Source: an uncultured PS1 clade bacterium (GTDB taxonomy: Bacteria; Pseudomonadota; Alphaproteobacteria; MED-G09). Taken from it: DNA of 64,000 bases. Each line of letters begins with the position of its first letter. Position 1 is the first letter of the stretch. The position numbers and the translations under genes were made by a program. The notes beneath the pieces were generated by a model. That model did no database searches. It was not told the DNA's origin and saw nothing but the letters and a program-made list of their open reading frames with translations. Shown piece after piece: positions 47,257 through 56,017 of the stretch. The stretch spans positions 10,529 through 74,528 of the forward strand of contig CACANC010000002.1 of NCBI GenBank assembly GCA_902533755.1, written 5' to 3'.

Positions 47257-48225
47257 CTAATAAGACACATATACATCTGTTGTTACATCTTCAGGATTAG
47301 GCAGAGGTGATTTCTTTGCCTGATCAACTGATTCTTCGATTAGTGAATTCACTTCTTCATCTAATTTATTAATATCTTCATCAGAAAGAAGTCCTGCTTC
47401 AGTAACTTTATCTTTAAAAATAGTTATACAATCATTATTCTCGCGATCATCCTTTAACTCATCTTTAGCGCGATAATTTTGAGGATCACCCTCAAAGTGA
47501 CCATAAAATCTAGTAGTCTCAAACTCAACAGCACATGGACCATTTCCTTCACGAGCTTTTGCTATTAATTCTTTCATAACTTCATGTACTTCAAAGAAAT
47601 CAAATCCGTTAGCCTTAACCGTGTGAATACCAAAACCTTCAACACGACTTGCAATACTTTCAGATGCAATAACATAATCACAATGTGTGTGTTCAGAGTA
47701 ACGATTATTTTCGTATACAAATACACTTGGTAATTTAAGTATCGCAGCAATATTCATTGATTCAAAAACAGGTCCTTGGTTACAAGATCCATCACCACCA
47801 AAAGATACTGCAACAGAACCTTTTCCATCTAATTTTGCAGCTAATGCAGCGCCTGTTGCTAGAGGCGGACCTCCACCTACTATTCCATTTGCACCAAGCA
47901 TACCTACATCCATATCAGCAACATGCATAGATCCACCTTTACCTTTACAAAGGCCATCAGCTTTTCCATAGAGCTCTTTCATCATACCAATCACATCACA
48001 TCCTTTAGCGATACAGTGACCATGGCCCCTATGAGTTGATGTAATAAAATCGGCTTCAGTTAAATTTTCACATACACCAACAGCTACTGCCTCTTGACCA
48101 GCATATAGGTGTGTAAAACCAGGAATTGACCCAGTCATTATTTCTCTATGAAGGTGTTCCTCGAATTCCCTAATCGTTTTCATTTGCTTATAGGCTTGTT
48201 CAAGTTCTTCTCTAGCTAATTGCAT
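47257..48225 (-). CDS. acoA: Acetoin-dehydrogenase-type E1 alpha subunit (TPP-dependent)
   Basis: Motifs include FTHLYAGQEAVAVG, STHRGHGHCIAKG, GKGGSMH and the TPP motif GGDGSCNQG...YENN. I set the start at ATG 48225 after GAGGAGG. The track start 48258 lies upstream of that RBS. Confidence 0.85.
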   Translation of the reverse strand: MQLAREELEQAYKQMKTIREFEEHLHREIMTGSIPGFTHLYAGQEAVAVGVCENLTEADFITSTHRGHGHCIAKGCDVIGMMKELYGKADGLCKGKGGSMHVADMDVGMLGANGIVGGGPPLATGAALAAKLDGKGSVAVSFGGDGSCNQGPVFESMNIAAILKLPSVFVYENNRYSEHTHCDYVIASESIASRVEGFGIHTVKANGFDFFEVHEVMKELIAKAREGNGPCAVEFETTRFYGHFEGDPQNYRAKDELKDDRENNDCITIFKDKVTEAGLLSDEDINKLDEEVNSLIEESVDQAKKSPLPNPEDVTTDVYVSY

Positions 48226-48330
48226 TATATCCTCCTCATAATATATACGGATGCACAAATAGGATTAAAAGTTTTAATCGTAATATTCAATAAAAATTTC
48301 ACTACGATATTAAATATTTTTACTTATTAA

Positions 48331-49173
48331 TCAACCTGTCTCTTTTATAACCCAATTAATGGATTGTTTAATAAGCTTTCTAAAGTTTTCATTCTTGTAT
48401 GATGATGGTCCATCACCGAATTGTAAATACGCTATTGGGCTATTTTCATATTTTTTTGTCCATCCTACAATATTGCTTCCCTCTTGATGAGACCAATCTC
48501 TATTAGAAAACATTTCTCCTTCAAGAGCGCGAGCAGCTGAATAAAAGTTTTTATCTATAAATTCGAAATTACTTCTTAAAATTGGATTAATGTCATCCTC
48601 AAAAAACTCTGCCAGATATAATTCATCTGTAATCTCAAAGTCTTCAATACCCTTAGTTATAGGATGTTTTCCATCTTTTATAACTTTATATTTAATATCA
48701 TGTCGATATCCTGAATCTGATTTTTTAACCCCTCTAACATTCCCTTCTTGATACAAAAACCTTCCACCAATAATATTTCCGTATTCCTCCCAATTTGGCC
48801 AACCAGCAATTGCATGATGAATAAACACACATCCGATTCCCTTTTTTAATAATCTTAGGAAACCTTCCTTAAATTCTTTGCTTGGATCAATAAATGTTGG
48901 TTTTGGAGGGGCTGTTTCGAAGTTAATTCCTGGCATATCATAAAAAACTATAGCTTTATAATTTTTTACTGATCCTGAGCTTATATATTCTTGAGCTGCA
49001 GGGTGTTCAATATGTGACCATGGATAACCCGTTGAATCGATCATTTCAAAAAATGAATCTCGTTCAAATGGATGCCCACGAGTTATAACAATAATATTAT
49101 CTTTTTGTTGATCAAGAAATGTTCTATTTTGCATTTCAACTTCAACAGTATTTTTTTCCTCACCATTCATCAC
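48331..49173 (-). CDS. ThuA-like domain protein (class-I glutamine-amidotransferase-like fold, no assigned activity)
   Basis: ThuA pattern: IIVITRGHPFERDSF...AIVFYDMPG...GIGCVFIHHAIAGWPNWEEYGNIIGGRF...HPITKGIEDFEITDELY. The start is uncertain. The candidates are the ATGs at 49173 and 49134, and the track start at 49251 adds a poor-looking N-terminus. Confidence 0.7.
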   Translation of the reverse strand: MMNGEEKNTVEVEMQNRTFLDQQKDNIIVITRGHPFERDSFFEMIDSTGYPWSHIEHPAAQEYISSGSVKNYKAIVFYDMPGINFETAPPKPTFIDPSKEFKEGFLRLLKKGIGCVFIHHAIAGWPNWEEYGNIIGGRFLYQEGNVRGVKKSDSGYRHDIKYKVIKDGKHPITKGIEDFEITDELYLAEFFEDDINPILRSNFEFIDKNFYSAARALEGEMFSNRDWSHQEGSNIVGWTKKYENSPIAYLQFGDGPSSYKNENFRKLIKQSINWVIKETG

Positions 49174-49297
49174 ATTATAGAAGATTAAGTTTTTCTTATG
49201 GTCAATCGATAAATGATTAAAAAAACTGGTTATTATTTTTACTGGACACAAAGAGTTATCACATAATATTATAAGACGATTTTGTTAGGAGATTGCA

Positions 49298-50737
49298 ATG
49301 GCGTTAATAAGATATGCTCAACCAGGTTTGCATGGCGATAAAGAGCCGGAACCAAATTTATCTTATGAATATATACCCAAAGAAAGATACACTTCTAAAG
49401 AGTTTATGAAGTTAGAATGGGATCATATATGGACAAAAATATGGCTAAGAGGAGGTTTATCGCAAGACCTTAAAGAAGCAAATGATTACATCACCACTGA
49501 AATTGGAAATTATTCAATTTTAATTACTCGTGGTGAAGATATGAAAGCCAGAGCTTTTTATAATGTATGTAAACACAGAGGAAATACCCTCGCTCAACAA
49601 AAAATGGGAAAAATCGATAAAACTTTTAAATGCTCTTATCACAGATGGCAGTATGATGCGGCTGGTCAACTAGTTGACGCTCCTGATCCTCATACTTTTC
49701 CGCAGGGCGTTTGTGATCCTTCATTACACTTAACTGAGCTTCCATGTAAAGAGTGGAACGGTTGGATTATGTATTCATTAAATCCTGATGTTAGACCACT
49801 TGATGAGTGGCTTGGCCCTGTTAAAGGTCATCTTGAAGCTTACAACTTCGATAAAATGGATTTAGTAATGGACATGACAGTTGAATGGAATTGTAATTGG
49901 AAGGCATCTGTTGATGCTTTTAATGAAACTTACCATGTTTGGGGAACTCATCCGCAATTAATGGATTGGTTAGATGATCAAAATGTACAAATTGATCTTT
50001 ATGATATTCACAATAGATATCTAGTTCCTTTTGGAGTACCAAGTCCTAGACCCCATATTGATCAAGAAGTGATCGGACCAAATCTAGAGGTTTACATGGA
50101 GCAGAATGGCGTTGACCCTAAAGACTTTAAAGGAAATGCTCAAGAAGCTCGTAGAGCTATTCAATTAGCTCAAAGAGAGAGAGCAGATGAAATGGGTTGG
50201 GATTTCTCAAGTTTAAATGATGACCAGTTATCAGATGATTATCATTATTGCGTTTTTCCAAATGTTACTTTGAATACTCATGCTACGAATTATATGATGT
50301 TTACTCAAAGACCTCACACAGAAGATCCAAATAAATGTCTTTATGATTTACAAATGTTCTCTCTTCCTACAGATACAAATAACAAAAGAACTAAGCAAGC
50401 CACAGAAGCCGCTGAATCAAGTGCTCCATCATATATGACTGTTGAAGATGATAAGGCGCCAACAGTAAATCCAGGTATGGATGAAGCTGTCCAAGGTGAG
50501 GCAGATGCGTCTGGTCGTCCAGAGCATATTTATATTAAAGATGGCGAAGAGCATACCCTTGGAGAAGTTCTTGATCAAGATGCTCATAATCTTCCTTTTG
50601 TTCAAAAGGGTATGAATAGTCCTGCATATAGAGGATTGTGGTGTGGTGAACAAGAAAGAAGAATTATTCACTTTCATCAGGTAGTAGATAGATTAATTAT
50701 GGAAGGTGGCGGACAAGTCCCTAACTATAAAGAATAA
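49298..50737 (+). CDS. Rieske non-heme iron oxygenase, alpha (catalytic) subunit
   Basis: 479-aa ORF. The Rieske ligands are CKHRG...CSYHRW. The mononuclear-iron region is NWKASVDAFNETYHVWGTHP. The conserved C-terminus is LDQDAHNLPFVQKGMNS...ERRIIHFHQ. Confidence 0.9.
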   Translation: MALIRYAQPGLHGDKEPEPNLSYEYIPKERYTSKEFMKLEWDHIWTKIWLRGGLSQDLKEANDYITTEIGNYSILITRGEDMKARAFYNVCKHRGNTLAQQKMGKIDKTFKCSYHRWQYDAAGQLVDAPDPHTFPQGVCDPSLHLTELPCKEWNGWIMYSLNPDVRPLDEWLGPVKGHLEAYNFDKMDLVMDMTVEWNCNWKASVDAFNETYHVWGTHPQLMDWLDDQNVQIDLYDIHNRYLVPFGVPSPRPHIDQEVIGPNLEVYMEQNGVDPKDFKGNAQEARRAIQLAQRERADEMGWDFSSLNDDQLSDDYHYCVFPNVTLNTHATNYMMFTQRPHTEDPNKCLYDLQMFSLPTDTNNKRTKQATEAAESSAPSYMTVEDDKAPTVNPGMDEAVQGEADASGRPEHIYIKDGEEHTLGEVLDQDAHNLPFVQKGMNSPAYRGLWCGEQERRIIHFHQVVDRLIMEGGGQVPNYKE

Positions 50738-50763
50738 TCATCTAATCTTTTTTTGGTAATATT

Positions 50764-51144
50764 ATGAGCGAGCAAGAAACCTATGTTTTTGTCTGTGATT
50801 CAACTAATGTTGAAAATGGATCTGAGGCAGTTTTTGATATAAATGATAGAGAAGTTCTGGTTGTGCGTTCTACTGAAGGAGATTTATTTGCGGTCGAAGA
50901 TAATTGCCCGCATGCAAATGAATGTATATCTGGAGGAAGATTTAGGAATGGATTTTATGCATGTCCACATCATGGGGCAAGATTTGAGTTATCAACAGGA
51001 AAATCGATGACAAATCTATCCACAAAGCCATTAATATGCTTTGATGTAAGGGAGGTAGACGGAAAAATTGAGGCTATAGTGCCTAAGAAAGAAAAAAAGA
51101 AATTTATACCTGGGGGAGCTCCTCCAGGATTTGGACCAATGTAA
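50764..51144 (+). CDS. Rieske-type [2Fe-2S] ferredoxin
   Basis: 126-aa ORF with the ligands CPHANE...CPHHGARF, and a Lys-rich then Gly/Pro-rich tail. Confidence 0.85.
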   Translation: MSEQETYVFVCDSTNVENGSEAVFDINDREVLVVRSTEGDLFAVEDNCPHANECISGGRFRNGFYACPHHGARFELSTGKSMTNLSTKPLICFDVREVDGKIEAIVPKKEKKKFIPGGAPPGFGPM

Positions 51145-51162
51145 TTTTAAAAGGAGGAAGTT

Positions 51163-51921
51163 ATGGATTTAGGTTTAAAAGGAAAAAAAGCAATAATTAC
51201 AGGCGGAAGTAAAGGTATAGGATTAGCCTCTGCCCATGCATTAGCTGATGAAGGAGCTGATGTTGCAATTTGCTCTCGAAATATTGATGATGTTAATTCA
51301 GCTCTAGAAGTATTAAAAGGTAAAGGTGTTAATGCTATCGGCGGAGCTGTTGATGTTGCTGATGGTGATGCATTAAAAACATGGATAGCATCAGCTATAG
51401 GTGATTTAGGTGGTTTAGATATTCTTGTTCCACAAGTAAGTGCTGGTGGAGGTAACCCAAGTGAAGATGGTTGGGCTGCTAATTTCCAAACAGATATTAT
51501 GGGAACTGTCAGATCTGTAGAAGCTTCATTAGAAGCTTTAAGGGAATCTAATGGTTCAATTGTAATAATATCGACTACAACAGCTATTGAACAAGGACCT
51601 GGAAGTGGACCTTATGGTGCAGTTAAAGCAGGATTATTGAATTACTCAAACCATATTGCGCAAACTGAAGGACCAAACGGAGTTAGATCTAATGTAATAT
51701 GCCCTGGCCCTATTTATATTGAAGGCGGTCCATGGAATTATATAAAAGATAATATGGAAGATTTCTATAACGCTACTTTAAAAGGAATTCCTCTAGGTAA
51801 ATATGGTTCCGGAGAAGATATTGCTAAAACTGTAGCTTTTTTAGCGAGTCCTGCTAGCGGTCATACCACGGGCACAAATGTTGTCATTGATGGCGGATTT
51901 ACTAAAGGCGTACAATTTTAA
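51163..51921 (+). CDS. Short-chain dehydrogenase/reductase (classical SDR)
   Basis: 252-aa ORF with TGGSKGIG and the catalytic YGAVK. Confidence 0.9.
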   Translation: MDLGLKGKKAIITGGSKGIGLASAHALADEGADVAICSRNIDDVNSALEVLKGKGVNAIGGAVDVADGDALKTWIASAIGDLGGLDILVPQVSAGGGNPSEDGWAANFQTDIMGTVRSVEASLEALRESNGSIVIISTTTAIEQGPGSGPYGAVKAGLLNYSNHIAQTEGPNGVRSNVICPGPIYIEGGPWNYIKDNMEDFYNATLKGIPLGKYGSGEDIAKTVAFLASPASGHTTGTNVVIDGGFTKGVQF

Positions 51922-51959
51922 TATAAAATCTGCTCAATGATTGCTGGGGGTAATAAATA

Positions 51960-52730
51960 ATGACAGATGACATTAAAAAAAGATTAGATGTAGTTCTTGT
52001 TGCGGGTGGAAAATATCATGATATTGATTTCGCCCGCTTAGAGCTTCTAAAACTTCTTGCTGAAGATGAAAGAATTCGTACAAGAGTATATGAGGACTAT
52101 TCTAACCTACATGCGATTTCTAATGCTGATTTTCTGATAACATATACATGTGATGTTAGGCCAACTCTTGAGCAACAAAAAGTATTAAGGGATTTTGTGG
52201 CAAATGGTAAGAGATGGTTAGCGTTACATGGAACAAATTCGATACTTCAGTTTCTTTCAGATGGAAGAGTTGATTGTCCAAGGGTTGCGCCAATATTTAT
52301 GGAAACCCTAGGTTCTCAATTTTTATCTCATCCGCCAATAGAGCCTTATACAGTTACTGTTGCAGATGGCGATCATCATCTTGTTGAGGGCGTAGAACCT
52401 TTTCAAACTAATGATGAATTATATCTAATGGAAACACATGGGGAATTGCATGTCTTATTAGAGACAGAATTTGAAGGTAATACACCCGGATTTGTTGAAG
52501 AAAATTGGGAAAAAACTAAAGTTCCTGTTTTCTATTTGCATCCTGTAGAAAAAGGTGAAGTTTTATACTTAACCTTAGGTCATTGTCGTGGACATTACGA
52601 TATGATTGATCTGCCTGAGCCTATGGCATACTACCCTGAAGTTGAGAGATGTGCTTGGGATCTTCCAGTTTTTTATGATTTACTCAGAAGAGGGATTGAT
52701 TGGGCAAAAGAGCTCTCCTTGAAAAATTAA
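51960..52730 (+). CDS. ThuA-like domain protein (second copy)
   Basis: 256-aa ORF with LDVVLVAGGKYHDIDFARL...DFLITYTCDV...GKRWLALHGT...HHLVEGVEPFQTNDELY. Confidence 0.7.
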   Translation: MTDDIKKRLDVVLVAGGKYHDIDFARLELLKLLAEDERIRTRVYEDYSNLHAISNADFLITYTCDVRPTLEQQKVLRDFVANGKRWLALHGTNSILQFLSDGRVDCPRVAPIFMETLGSQFLSHPPIEPYTVTVADGDHHLVEGVEPFQTNDELYLMETHGELHVLLETEFEGNTPGFVEENWEKTKVPVFYLHPVEKGEVLYLTLGHCRGHYDMIDLPEPMAYYPEVERCAWDLPVFYDLLRRGIDWAKELSLKN

Positions 52731-52731
52731 T

Positions 52732-53433
52732 ATGTCTAAGAAAATTGCTCTGATTACAGGAGTTGGACCGGGAACAGGCTCATCTATAGCTCGTCGATTC
52801 TCAGATGGCGGTTATAAAATCGCTATGATTGCTCGTGATAAAGAGAGACTAAAGTCACTTGAGGACGAATTAGAGGATAGTAAGGGTTATTCTTGTGAGC
52901 TGAGGAATCAAGAATATCTTAACAGTACAATTGACAATATTATAAAAGATTTTGGTTATCCTGATGTTTTTATTCATAATGCTGTTAGAGGAACTAGAGG
53001 TAATTTTTTGGAATTCACTTCTGAAGAATTACAATCGAATTTTGATATAAATGTTCTAGCTCTGCATAGAATAGCTCAAAAAGTTGCTCCCGAAATGATT
53101 AAAAAAGCTAAGGGCGCTATAATCGTAACAGGAAATACATCAGCACATAGGGGTAAAGCAAATTTTGGAGGAACAGCATCAACAAAGGCGGCTCAGAAAA
53201 TATTAACCGAATCTTTCGCTCGTTATCTTAACCCCAAAGGTATACATGTTGCATACATAACTATTGATGCAGCTATTGATTTAGAATGGACAAGGAAAGC
53301 TTGGCCAGATAAACCTGATGATTTTTTTATTCAACCAGATGATATAGCTTCTGAAGTTTGGCACATTGCTCATCAGTCAAAATCAGCATGGACATTTGAT
53401 CATTGGTTAAGACCTTTTGGTGAAAACTGGTAA
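52732..53433 (+). CDS. SDR-family oxidoreductase, atypical (no Tyr at the YxxxK position)
   Basis: 233-aa ORF with the Rossmann motif ITGVGPGTGSSIARRF. Where YxxxK is expected it reads GGTASTKAAQ, followed by GIHVAYITIDAAID. Confidence 0.8.
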   Translation: MSKKIALITGVGPGTGSSIARRFSDGGYKIAMIARDKERLKSLEDELEDSKGYSCELRNQEYLNSTIDNIIKDFGYPDVFIHNAVRGTRGNFLEFTSEELQSNFDINVLALHRIAQKVAPEMIKKAKGAIIVTGNTSAHRGKANFGGTASTKAAQKILTESFARYLNPKGIHVAYITIDAAIDLEWTRKAWPDKPDDFFIQPDDIASEVWHIAHQSKSAWTFDHWLRPFGENW

Positions 53434-53592
53434 AAAAATAACTAAAAATATTAAAATGTTGTAAAATTACAACTATTTTAATGTGAATTATTAAATTTAT
53501 TCAAAAATAGCTTGGTTTTTATCTTTGCGTATTGTAAATCTCACGCTCAATAAAAAAAGTTATTAATTTATTTAAATTGTGGGGACATATTT

Positions 53593-55971
53593 ATGAATAT
53601 TAAAAAATTTACTATTTTATCAATAGCTATCTCATTCTTTATGAGTTTAGTTGTTTTCGATTTTGGTTATGCACAAAGAGAAATTACATCTTCAATTGAA
53701 GAAATTGTTGTAACAGCTCAAAAAAGAGAAGAAAACCTTCAAGATGTGCCTTCTTCTGTAAGCGCGATGGACGCAGCAACATTGGAAAAAACATTTGCTC
53801 GTGATTTATTGGATGTAGCAGGCGTTTCGCCAAATCTAATTATTGATCCAATTTTAGGTAATGGAACAGCAGCAATTTCTATTCGTGGCGTTCAAATGAA
53901 TGATGTTGAAAAAAGTTTCGATCCTGCTGTCGCAGTTTATCAAGACGGAATTTATCTTGCTACAGCAACAGGAGCTCTTTTAAATACTTGGGATGCTGAG
54001 AGAATTGAAGTTCTTCGTGGTCCTCAAGGAACAATGTTTGGAAGAAATACAATAGGTGGTCTAGTTCATGTTATTAGATCTAAGCCAACTGGAGAATTTG
54101 GCGGAAAAATTAATATTACAGCTGCTGAAGACTCTCAAACTGATGTAAAGGCAGTTTTAAATCTACCAGCTCTATTAAATGGAACTTTAGCAACTAAATT
54201 TACCGCTATGAGATTAGATGGTGGTGAATATTTTTATAATGCTACAAGAGAAACTGATGAAGGTGGTGTAGATGTTGAGGCGTATAGCTTTTCTGCTTTA
54301 TGGAATCCTACAGACAATCTTCAAATTCAGCTAACTTATGATGATATAGATGATCAAACTGATGTTCGTCCTGTATCATGTTTTACTCAACCTGGAGAAT
54401 TATTTGCTGTTATAGGGCAACCAATTGCTACTGAATGTAATGGTGGTTCTGATCTAGGTTTTCATAGAACAGTTTTTCAAAATACAGAACAATCTGCAAG
54501 TGTTGAAGTTGAAGCTGTAACCTTAAATGTTGAATATGATATCAACGAGAACAATAAAATAGTATTTGTTTACGGCAAAAGAGAAATGGAAGAAACTTCA
54601 TTACAAGAATTTGATGCGAGTGCTCTTGAGTTATTCAGAGTTTCAAGACCTCAATTCGAAGAACAAGAAAGTATAGAAGTTAGATGGGAATCTAAATTTA
54701 CTAATGGTCAGTTTACACTTGGAGGATATCTCTGGGATAGTGAATATGATGCATGGCAAACTACATACTTCTTCGGAGGTTTTAATGACTCTCCTCGAAC
54801 TCTTCATTCAACAGAAAATACAGCATTCTTTGGTCAACTTGATTACGATGTTACTGATAAGATAACACTAACCGTTGGTGGTAGATGGATTGATGAAGAA
54901 AAAGATTTCTGTCAAATGTTTACAATTAATGCAGGTGATGAGACACCGATATTTAATTGGTTTGGTTCATCTGATCCAGATCCAAGAATTATTCAAAGGT
55001 CTTGGGGTCAATGTCCCGGATATGTTCCTGCTGCTACAGCACAGAATGATTACACTGATCCAGTCACTGGAGAAAATGCAACATTTACAGGCACAGAAAG
55101 TTGGGATGACTTTACTCCAAAAGTTGGTTTAACCTATGAACTAGAAAATGGTATTGCTTATGCTACTTATTCTGAAGGCTTTAGATCTGGTGGCTTTAAC
55201 GGAAGAGCAACTGGCGCAAACAATGCTGGTCCATATGACCCAGAAACAGTTGAAAGTTTTGAATTTGGTATCAAAACAATTTGGGCAAACAATACTTTCC
55301 AATTTAATGCATCTGCATTCACTGTTGATTATACTGATAAACAAGAAGATGTTGTTTTACCAGGTACAGATGGCGCGGTGACCTTGACTATTGTTCAAAA
55401 CGCTGCGGCAGTAAGTATCGATGGTCTTGAAATTGAATCTCTTTGGATTCCTACTGAAGGTCTTACTTTAACAGCTAACTTAGGTATCTTGGACGCTAAT
55501 TATGATAACTACATGGTTCAAGATGGCGCTGGTAATATGGTAGATAAAAGTGGCTTTGATTTAAGAAGAGCACCTGAAATGACTTTAGCTCTTGGAGCTT
55601 TACATGAATATGCACTTACTAATGGTGATTTCATAGTCTCAAGCTTAAACTATAGATGGAAAGATGATTATTGTGTTCAAGGTAATAACTTTAAAGCTAT
55701 TGAAGCACACTATGGAGCAAACCCTGCATGTAACAAAGCGCATGGTATTATTGATGCCTCTATAAGTTATGAGACTGAAAATTGGAGATTATCTTTATTC
55801 GGTAAAAACCTTGGTGATGAAGACTATCTTCTTCATTTCCTTGATGTGGCTTCAAGTGTTAACGCTACAAGCGCATCAGACTCTACACCTGTTTATGTTC
55901 CTGGATTATGGAGTTTTGGTACAGTGAATAGGCCAAGATACTTTGGCGTAGAATTTGAAGCTAAATTCTAA
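53593..55971 (+). CDS. TonB-dependent receptor
   Basis: 792-aa ORF with a signal peptide, the plug start EEIVVTAQKREENLQDVPSSVSA, and IEVLRGPQGTMFGRNTIGG. A long beta-barrel ends in ...FEAKF. Confidence 0.95.
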   Translation: MNIKKFTILSIAISFFMSLVVFDFGYAQREITSSIEEIVVTAQKREENLQDVPSSVSAMDAATLEKTFARDLLDVAGVSPNLIIDPILGNGTAAISIRGVQMNDVEKSFDPAVAVYQDGIYLATATGALLNTWDAERIEVLRGPQGTMFGRNTIGGLVHVIRSKPTGEFGGKINITAAEDSQTDVKAVLNLPALLNGTLATKFTAMRLDGGEYFYNATRETDEGGVDVEAYSFSALWNPTDNLQIQLTYDDIDDQTDVRPVSCFTQPGELFAVIGQPIATECNGGSDLGFHRTVFQNTEQSASVEVEAVTLNVEYDINENNKIVFVYGKREMEETSLQEFDASALELFRVSRPQFEEQESIEVRWESKFTNGQFTLGGYLWDSEYDAWQTTYFFGGFNDSPRTLHSTENTAFFGQLDYDVTDKITLTVGGRWIDEEKDFCQMFTINAGDETPIFNWFGSSDPDPRIIQRSWGQCPGYVPAATAQNDYTDPVTGENATFTGTESWDDFTPKVGLTYELENGIAYATYSEGFRSGGFNGRATGANNAGPYDPETVESFEFGIKTIWANNTFQFNASAFTVDYTDKQEDVVLPGTDGAVTLTIVQNAAAVSIDGLEIESLWIPTEGLTLTANLGILDANYDNYMVQDGAGNMVDKSGFDLRRAPEMTLALGALHEYALTNGDFIVSSLNYRWKDDYCVQGNNFKAIEAHYGANPACNKAHGIIDASISYETENWRLSLFGKNLGDEDYLLHFLDVASSVNATSASDSTPVYVPGLWSFGTVNRPRYFGVEFEAKF

Positions 55972-55991
55972 AGCTATAAATGTATTATAAG

Positions 55992-56017
55992 AAGGGCGCT
56001 TCAAGCGCCCTTTTTTA
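55992..56017 (+). terminator. Rho-independent terminator after the first TonB-dependent receptor gene
   Basis: Stem AAGGGCGC / GCGCCCTT around the loop TTCA, followed by a T run. Confidence 0.85.

Noticed and set aside
48256-48330. AT-only palindrome ATTAAAAGTTTTAAT between the ThuA-like gene and acoA
   Set aside because: It has 7-bp all-A/T arms, which are expected by chance in AT-rich spacers, and it recurs nowhere else that I could see.
32377-53433. Calling the region a steroid-degradation island
   Set aside because: Only side-chain-type parts are present: P450, an alpha/beta ACAD pair, MaoC, an SCP-x thiolase with DUF35, and a Rieske oxygenase. I saw no KstD, HsaA-D, FadD3-type or meta-cleavage genes. 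The substrate class therefore stays open, and only the weaker igr-like analogy is reported.
53513-53528. Second sigma-54-like element TGGTTTTTATCTTTGC upstream of the first TBDR
   Set aside because: The GG-to-GC spacing is 11 nt instead of the invariant 10, and the flanks match the consensus poorly.
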